A stretch of 31,372 nt of DNA, from the NCBI GenBank assembly GCA_004524535.1, contig SDNY01000036.1, positions 1 to 31,372 on the forward strand, in the 5' to 3' direction. Positions 17,347 through 24,094 of the stretch are shown piece after piece. The notes under the pieces were generated by a model. That model was not told the origin of the DNA. It did no database searches and saw only the letters and a program-made list of their open reading frames with translations. How positions within the stretch are numbered: the stretch's first letter is position 1; each line of letters begins with the position of its first letter. The position numbers and the translations under genes were made by a program. Origin of the DNA: Promethearchaeota archaeon. Lineage in GTDB: Archaea > Asgardarchaeota > Lokiarchaeia > Sigyniarchaeales > SOKP01.

Positions 17347-18918
17347 TTATGTTAAGCTTTCTCCTATAACACTTTTATGTGGTTTTTTTCCTATCATTTT
17401 TAATAAAGTTGGCACAATATCCGTAGTCTTACAATAAGGTATTTCTTGATGGGGAATTTCTTTAGATCCTCCAATTATTAATGGCACTATAGCACATTTT
17501 CTCAGACCAATATCGTGATTATATGAATAATCCATTTTTTTCTTTTTATGCTCATAGTTAAAAACAATGTTTCCATCAGTACTAATAATAATGTCAGAAC
17601 TTCGAGGATTTTTAAAATGCCGTGGAATTAAGTCTGGATACATTGGGTAATCAAGGTGAGAAGTTCCTTTTAACCATTCATTTATAGAGTGGAAGCGATT
17701 GTCAATCAACTTACTTGCAATATCATCGTTGCTATATCCAAAGATATCATTGTTATCATCTTCGTCTATGTATTTAGTTTTATAATTATTTCCCGTACCT
17801 CTATATTCAATTGTCCCTAAGATAATATTACCAGTAGTTTTATCTTTACGCTTTAAATGAATAATTCCTTTATCGTAAGTGTTATTGGTATCTCTATAAT
17901 ACATTAGATAACTCTCTTCTATTTTAAACAGACTTTCCAACAAATTAATTCGTTTTGGACCATATTTTTTAAGTTCGTTAATAGTGGGATGGCTCCAACC
18001 ATATTTATGTGAGCTAGCACCTTTAAAATTGAAAAATCCAACTCCTGTAAATCCGCATAAATTAACATTACCTTTTAAATTTTTACGAGTGTGATAATGA
18101 GTTAATCCATTATGCTCAAAAAAATTTGTTAAGCTTCCAGTCTTTCCTGCTCTATAATTTCCGTGGTCTGCTGTTATTGCAATCGCAGTATCATCTAGAT
18201 ATCCCATTTTATCTAATTCACTTATTAAGATTCCTATTTGCTTATCTATATGGATTAGATTCAATTTATAATATTTATTGTCATATCCAAAAGCATGACA
18301 TAGTATATCTGAGGTAAAAAATAAGAGATGTGAACAAATAGGAGGCTCATTATTTCCAAAATATTTTTTTGGTTTTTTAAAGTTCTCTAATAATTTTTGA
18401 ACAATCATGGTATTAGCTAGAGCGATTAAATTTAAAAAAAATCGTTTACGTGATAATAGTAAATAATAAAATGCTAATTTGATTTTGTTCTCTGGAAAAA
18501 TATAGTCGGCACCTCTATTTATAAACTGAACTATACTTGAAGTGTTTCCAGAATCTTGAAGTGTTTCCAGAATAGTCTGACAATTACGACCCAAATCCTC
18601 ATTCATTTTATAAATTTGTAAATCTTTAGAAGCATAACATCTTAGTTTTGGAGGTGCTATATCACGACCCATCCAATCAGATAAAGGTACACCATGACAT
18701 AATTCCTTTCGATAATTTCCAGTATATGTTCCTGTAATCAAAGATTGCTGTGTTGGATACGTGATTGTTGGAAAATCTGTTACGCAATTTCTAGAAAAAA
18801 TTCCATTCTCCATTAATTTTTTAAAATTAGGTAGTAAACCTCTATTTATGAAATTAAAAAAATGCTCAGCTCTAACATTATCTATTATGCTAAAAATTAC
18901 CCTATTGATCTTATTAAT
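17347..18918 (-). CDS. Alkaline-phosphatase-superfamily NPP/phosphodiesterase, probable ATT start
   Basis: Nucleophile motif FPTITYP, DILCH, TADHG, NHD. The first metal-ligand strand VIFSIIDNVR lies in a 35-codon in-frame extension upstream of the track's ATG 18813. Confidence 0.88.
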   Translation of the reverse strand: MNKINRVIFSIIDNVRAEHFFNFINRGLLPNFKKLMENGIFSRNCVTDFPTITYPTQQSLITGTYTGNYRKELCHGVPLSDWMGRDIAPPKLRCYASKDLQIYKMNEDLGRNCQTILETLQDSGNTSSIVQFINRGADYIFPENKIKLAFYYLLLSRKRFFLNLIALANTMIVQKLLENFKKPKKYFGNNEPPICSHLLFFTSDILCHAFGYDNKYYKLNLIHIDKQIGILISELDKMGYLDDTAIAITADHGNYRAGKTGSLTNFFEHNGLTHYHTRKNLKGNVNLCGFTGVGFFNFKGASSHKYGWSHPTINELKKYGPKRINLLESLFKIEESYLMYYRDTNNTYDKGIIHLKRKDKTTGNIILGTIEYRGTGNNYKTKYIDEDDNNDIFGYSNDDIASKLIDNRFHSINEWLKGTSHLDYPMYPDLIPRHFKNPRSSDIIISTDGNIVFNYEHKKKKMDYSYNHDIGLRKCAIVPLIIGGSKEIPHQEIPYCKTTDIVPTLLKMIGKKPHKSVIGESLT

Positions 18919-20299
18919 AACCTTTCACCAAATTGTCTACATTTTCTTTTAAATGGTGCACAAATTCATATTCTTTAGGATCAATTGTTATAAATATAAG
19001 AAAACTTGCCATTTGAAATCCTGCCATTATTAGCATTATAAGGAAAAAGATAATCCAAAATTCCGTAAACATAGTAGCAAAAACGGTTAATAATAATGCC
19101 CCAATCGCATATCCCAAAGTATGACCCGCATTGACACAGGAAATTACTAATGCAAAGTAAGTACTATTTAATTCTGGATATTGCTTTGCCATATCTCCAC
19201 GGATTGCTTGATAAGAAGTGCTAAGGGCACCCTCACCCACACCAAGTAGTATTGTCATCATTATAGCTAATGTAATGCCCACAAGCCCTCCAAAAAATAC
19301 CGTACTTATAAATACGCATGATATGACAAATGGTACATACAGGATATGAGCAAAATAAACACCTTTTCTTCTATTTTTATCGGTTATTTTTGCAGTTACA
19401 TTACAACCAATAATAACTCCAACACCACTAATAGCACCAATTACTGCAAAAATTATAAATAAATCCAGAGATTGAGCAGCTAAGGAAATAGAAGTTACTT
19501 CTACATCAACAAGGGGCGTTGGCCAGTAAATAATAATTAAAAGTCCAAAAGCTAAACCAACAATAGCATAAGGAACGTGATCCAAAATGGAACTGATAAA
19601 AAGTTTCCAATTTTTTCCTTGCGTCATAATTTCTTTAAAATCCCTCCAAATATGCACTTCTTCAGGAATTTCAGACTCTTTGACATAAAAAGGAAGTATA
19701 CAAGCAATAAACATAAGAATTCCCTCTAATACAAAGAAGAAAGTAAAAAGGTTAAACATTAAAACCAATGCTCCAATCATAATGCCAATAGCTGTACTTC
19801 CTATGAGATTACAAGACCAAGTATATCCTTGGACTTTTCCTAAATCTTCCTTAGGTGTAACATCCAAGATTAAGCCATCTAAAGCCGTATCCGCCACAGC
19901 CCATCCAATATTCCACAATAAGGCAAATAAAGCTACATACATGATTAAAGTAGCAGTTTCTTGACCTATTAGTTGAGGTAAAACTAAACCAGATATAATA
20001 AACCAAACACCTCCCCAGATTCCAAAGATTAAAATCCAAGGTTTTCTCCTACCCAATTTTTCTGAGAAGGCATATTTATCATTTACCATACCGATTAAAA
20101 ATTTTAACGCCCAAGGAATCGTTCCAATAGCCAATATAATTAAAATCAAAGCTAAATCTATTTGGTCCACAACAGTAATTAAATAAATAGGAAGGACAAT
20201 GGCCTGTAGCCCGTTATATAAACCCTGAACCAAATAAAAGAACGAGAAAATATATGGATATGATTTTTTAAACTCGGACTTTTCCAATTCCTTAGTCAA
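18914..20299 (-). CDS. MFS transporter (AmpG/BT1-like), paralogue of 8560-9876
   Basis: About 12 TM segments; PWALKFLIGMVNDKY, GRRKPWI, ADTALDGL, PKEDLGKVQG. TTG start. The stop overlaps the NPP start. Confidence 0.92.
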   Translation of the reverse strand: MTKELEKSEFKKSYPYIFSFFYLVQGLYNGLQAIVLPIYLITVVDQIDLALILIILAIGTIPWALKFLIGMVNDKYAFSEKLGRRKPWILIFGIWGGVWFIISGLVLPQLIGQETATLIMYVALFALLWNIGWAVADTALDGLILDVTPKEDLGKVQGYTWSCNLIGSTAIGIMIGALVLMFNLFTFFFVLEGILMFIACILPFYVKESEIPEEVHIWRDFKEIMTQGKNWKLFISSILDHVPYAIVGLAFGLLIIIYWPTPLVDVEVTSISLAAQSLDLFIIFAVIGAISGVGVIIGCNVTAKITDKNRRKGVYFAHILYVPFVISCVFISTVFFGGLVGITLAIMMTILLGVGEGALSTSYQAIRGDMAKQYPELNSTYFALVISCVNAGHTLGYAIGALLLTVFATMFTEFWIIFFLIMLIMAGFQMASFLIFITIDPKEYEFVHHLKENVDNLVKGY

Positions 20300-20386
20300 T
20301 ATGAACTTTCAGTCTCCATAATTACATTTTACGCTTTTACTTAATAAATACTATTTTTGTGATTATAAAGATAGTAATATTTAATA

Positions 20387-20487
20387 AGCCTCTGGAGGGA
20401 TTTGAACCCCCGACTTCTGCTCACGCATGGATTATGCATTGATCTGCAGATTACAAGTCTGCTGCTATACCGCTAAGCCACAGAGGC
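20387..20487 (-). tRNA. trnT: tRNA-Thr(UGU) with a 29-nt intron at position 45/46 (intron 20415-20443); CCA not encoded
   Basis: Acceptor stem GCCTCTG/CAGAGGC, anticodon arm GCAGA-CTTGTAA-TCTGC, T arm GGGGG-TTCAAAT-CCCTC. Removing the insert restores variable loop AGGTC and a 72-nt body. Confidence 0.93.
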
Positions 20488-20644
20488 ATTTATAAGTATT
20501 GACAATATTATACTATAAAAATAAAACTGAATAAATAATTAATTTTGTGGTTTATTTAGCTTTTAAAAATTAACACAAATAATTAAAAACTAAACTATCT
20601 TTTTTGTTAAACAGAAGTTTTAAATTTATAATTTTTGAATTAAA

Positions 20645-20983
20645 ATGCCATTTACGAAAGAAGACGTAACTAACCTAGCCTATCGCCGATATAAATCGAA
20701 GGAATCATACGATGACTCTGTATGGTATTTGGCGGAATTATGCGTTACAATCAATAAAAATATAAAAAATGGATACGATATCCAGCCTCTTGAAACTGAC
20801 AACTTAGTTTTATTAATAAGAGAAAATGTGAATGGAGAAATTCTTAAGCCTACTGAGGAAGAAGTAAAGAAATTATCAGAAATTATTTACCATGAGCATC
20901 CAGAAAAATCAAAACTGCACTGGTTTATTGCAGAAAAAACTTTATTATTGAAAGAAATTGAGAGTTTGATTAAAAAAAACTAA
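20645..20983 (+). CDS. Hypothetical protein with two DUF2934-like helical repeats
   Basis: EDVTNLAYRRY...SVWYLAEL and EEVKKLSEIIY...LHWFIAEK share a spacing pattern ending in W-x-x-AE. Confidence 0.7.
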   Translation: MPFTKEDVTNLAYRRYKSKESYDDSVWYLAELCVTINKNIKNGYDIQPLETDNLVLLIRENVNGEILKPTEEEVKKLSEIIYHEHPEKSKLHWFIAEKTLLLKEIESLIKKN

Positions 20984-21124
20984 TGGCCTAAGTAAAATAT
21001 TCTTTTTTTTTTAAAACTTAATAAATTCTTCATTCAAAAAGGGAATAAACAACCATAAAAAGCTTTAATTCTTTTCTGTTTTATTGTAATATATTAAGAA
21101 TTATATTTTAAATTAAGAGTAAAA

Positions 21125-22591
21125 ATGGAAAACTTTAAAGATTTAGCGGAATCTGCATTGGATTATGCTCAATCTAACGGAAAATATTGCGATTATGCGG
21201 AAGTAAGATTAGAATCGAATATTAGTGATACTATCTCTTTTTTTAATGGTAAAATGCACCTTGGAAATTTACCAATTGACCTCACTAAAGATGCGTTTAG
21301 TAGAAAAATAGGAATCAATGTTAGACTCTTAGTAAATGGAGGAATGGGAATGGCGACAACAAATAATTTGAATAGAGAATCTATTCATAATGCTGTAGAT
21401 CACGCTTATAAAACCGCCAAGAGAAGTAGCAAACAAAGAAAAGCTCCCATTCAAATGAGTGAAGAAAAATCCTATGAGATAAGTTGGCAAAGTAATTATG
21501 ATATTAATCCAATAGAAGTCTCTTTAGAAGAAAAAATTGAATTTATAGAAAATTTCCTTAAAATATTTACCGAAAAAAAACATCCTGTAGAATTTATTCA
21601 TATTTTTGTTTTAATTACAGAACAGAGAGATATATATTACATTAATTCTGATTCAGCAAAAATCTCAAGTACAGTTCCACGAGTTGCTTTCCTTCCAATA
21701 ATTATTGGTATCCAACCTGGTGGAAAGAACGAACAATCTATGAGTACTTTTGCTACAACAGCAGGGTGGAACGAATTAATCTCTTGGAATTTAATGGAAA
21801 AAGTAAGAGAAAAAGTTAATATACTCGGGAAAATTATAACAGAAGCCAAAAAGCCTCCTGAAGGTGAGATAGATATAATTTTAGGACCAAAAGTTGCAGG
21901 AATAATCTCTCACGAAAATTGTGGCCATCCGCATGAGTCAGATCGGATTTTAGGTCGGGAAGGAGCTCAGGCAGGCGAATCATATTTAAGGGAACATGAA
22001 ATTGGCTTTAGGATTGGTAATGAATGTGTTAATATATATGAAGATCCGACTATTCCAGGTTCCTATGGTTTTTATTTATATGATGATGAGGGTGTAAAGG
22101 CTCACAGAAGAGAACTAATTAAAAATGGAATCTTTAATGAAATGTTGTTAAATCGAGAGACTGCTAGTGTTTTTAATACTCATAGTAATGCTGCCGCTAG
22201 AGCTGTGGCTTATGATCGTGAACCTATTATAAGAATGGCGAATACTTATTTCGCACCCGGAGATTATTCATTTGAAGAAATGATTGAGGATGTAAAATTG
22301 GGTATTTACATGAAAAGCTTCACAGAATGGAATATTGATGATAAGAGGCTACAATCAAAGTATGTAGGGCAAGAAGCATATTTAATAGAAAATGGTGAAA
22401 TTAAAAATTTAGTTTTAAAACCAGGTCTCGAAATCTCATCACTAGGATTATTTGGTAGTATTGACGCTCAAGGAAATAAAGATTCGCTTGAATGGGAAGG
22501 AGCCTTTTGTGGTAAATCAGAACCAGGCCAAGGCTGTCCTGTTTGGACTGGTGGTCCCAATGTTAGATTAAGAAATGTTAAATTAGCTTAA
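21125..22591 (+). CDS. tldD: TldD metalloprotease subunit
   Basis: HENCGHPHESD, YLYDDEGV, PIIRMANTY, C-terminal CGK...P...GGP. Confidence 0.93.
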   Translation: MENFKDLAESALDYAQSNGKYCDYAEVRLESNISDTISFFNGKMHLGNLPIDLTKDAFSRKIGINVRLLVNGGMGMATTNNLNRESIHNAVDHAYKTAKRSSKQRKAPIQMSEEKSYEISWQSNYDINPIEVSLEEKIEFIENFLKIFTEKKHPVEFIHIFVLITEQRDIYYINSDSAKISSTVPRVAFLPIIIGIQPGGKNEQSMSTFATTAGWNELISWNLMEKVREKVNILGKIITEAKKPPEGEIDIILGPKVAGIISHENCGHPHESDRILGREGAQAGESYLREHEIGFRIGNECVNIYEDPTIPGSYGFYLYDDEGVKAHRRELIKNGIFNEMLLNRETASVFNTHSNAAARAVAYDREPIIRMANTYFAPGDYSFEEMIEDVKLGIYMKSFTEWNIDDKRLQSKYVGQEAYLIENGEIKNLVLKPGLEISSLGLFGSIDAQGNKDSLEWEGAFCGKSEPGQGCPVWTGGPNVRLRNVKLA

Positions 22592-22600
22592 GGTGATTAT

Positions 22601-23980
22601 TTGAATCAAAAAAAGTTTGAAATTCTAACGGATAAAATGGAGCTTGCTAAAAAGCATCTAAAACAATTTTGTGATTCATGGGTAATTAAAGGAATAATAA
22701 AATCAGAGAATCAAATCAGGTTTTCTGAGAATAATATAGACATTAGTAAGAATTGGGATGATATCAAGTTAATACTGTTTTTATCTAAAAAAAGAAGAAC
22801 AACTGAAATTTCAATCAGCAATTTAAGTCCAAATGTAATCGAAAATACTATAAATTATTGCGAAAAGTTATTAAATGTCGCAAAAATTAATAGATATTAC
22901 AAAAGATTGCCAGAAGGACCATTCAATTATAATTCCAGCATACAAGATAAAATATTTGATAATAAAGTTGCTAATTTAGATGAAAAAGCCATCGATCTTG
23001 TTGAAAACGCAACGGAAGCATCATTATCTCAAGGAGCAAAGAGAGTTGCAGGATCTTTCTTTTTTGGTAATTCGCATTACTTTTTAGAAACTAGTACCAA
23101 TATAGAACAAAACTTTAAAAAAACCCATCTTAATTTTCGAATAAGAGCGTTTGCGGAAGATATGTACGCAACAGGAGAAGCTTTATCTTGTTCAACTCAC
23201 TTAAAAAAAGGTTTTGATGCAGTGGGGGCTGGAGAAGAGGCAGGTAAAATTTGTAAAATGGCTGTCGGTGGTAAAAAAGGGAAACCAGGTATTTATAACA
23301 TCATAATATATCCAAAAATCTCAACTGAGCTCCAAGCACCCACGCCTGCAATCGCGATGAATGAATATATCAGAAAGATGGGTTTATCATGGTTAATAGG
23401 AAAAAGATTGGGTGATAAAATTGCCAGCGAAAAGATCTCAGCATGGGATGATGGAACCATTGAATATGGTTTAGGAAGCTCTCCTTTTGACGATGAATGT
23501 GTCCCCACTAAAAAAACATTACTAATTGATAAAGGAATTATACATCAATATTTTACGAATACATCTCTCGCAAGAAAAAATCAAGAATCAACTGGTAATG
23601 CTGGAATTACAATGCCACAACCTTCCAATACGGTATTTGCAGCTGGTGATCACACCTTAGAAGAATTAATGGAAATTTCTGAGAAACCTACTTTATTAGT
23701 TACATCAACATGGTACACTCGCTATCAGAGTTATGCTCCTCCTGGAATATTATCTTCTCTTCCTAAAGATGGCATGTTTTTAGTAAAAAATAAAGGAAAA
23801 ATTCTTGAACCTGTCAGAGAACTACGTATTAATTCCAACCATTATCACATGCTTGAACATACAATAGGTTTAGGGAAAAAATTAAAACAAGTGTCTACAT
23901 GGCTAAGCCCGACTTCAAATCCCGTATTTGCTCCATTTATGCTCATTGAAGATATTAAAATGACAACAGGAACAAAATAA
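22601..23980 (+). CDS. tldE: TldE/PmbA non-catalytic partner subunit
   Basis: QIRFSEN, SSPFDDECVPT, STGNAG, TWYTRYQ. No HExxxH. TTG start after GGTGA, 9 nt downstream of tldD. Confidence 0.9.
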   Translation: MNQKKFEILTDKMELAKKHLKQFCDSWVIKGIIKSENQIRFSENNIDISKNWDDIKLILFLSKKRRTTEISISNLSPNVIENTINYCEKLLNVAKINRYYKRLPEGPFNYNSSIQDKIFDNKVANLDEKAIDLVENATEASLSQGAKRVAGSFFFGNSHYFLETSTNIEQNFKKTHLNFRIRAFAEDMYATGEALSCSTHLKKGFDAVGAGEEAGKICKMAVGGKKGKPGIYNIIIYPKISTELQAPTPAIAMNEYIRKMGLSWLIGKRLGDKIASEKISAWDDGTIEYGLGSSPFDDECVPTKKTLLIDKGIIHQYFTNTSLARKNQESTGNAGITMPQPSNTVFAAGDHTLEELMEISEKPTLLVTSTWYTRYQSYAPPGILSSLPKDGMFLVKNKGKILEPVRELRINSNHYHMLEHTIGLGKKLKQVSTWLSPTSNPVFAPFMLIEDIKMTTGTK

Positions 23981-24094
23981 AATCAATCAAATTTATAAAA
24001 AATTTAGATATTAAAGTAGGAATAGTTGAGATTATAATAAATCCTATCATAATTATATTTAGAAATAAAAAAGTCATCTGATATTGGTGTTTGT

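Noticed and set aside
18925-18939. In-frame TGA upstream of the NPP gene (and at 8301-8303) as selenocysteine or stop read-through
   Set aside because: The TGA is part of the GGTGA SD. Reading through it at 18927 reaches TAG within four codons with no canonical start, and no Cys-equivalent position or SECIS-like element was recognised.
21125-23980. TldD/TldE plus the radical SAM enzyme and small peptides as a RiPP biosynthetic cluster
   Set aside because: The peptides are about 15 kb away, the radical SAM enzyme carries Tes motifs, and TldDE pairs are common housekeeping genes in archaea.
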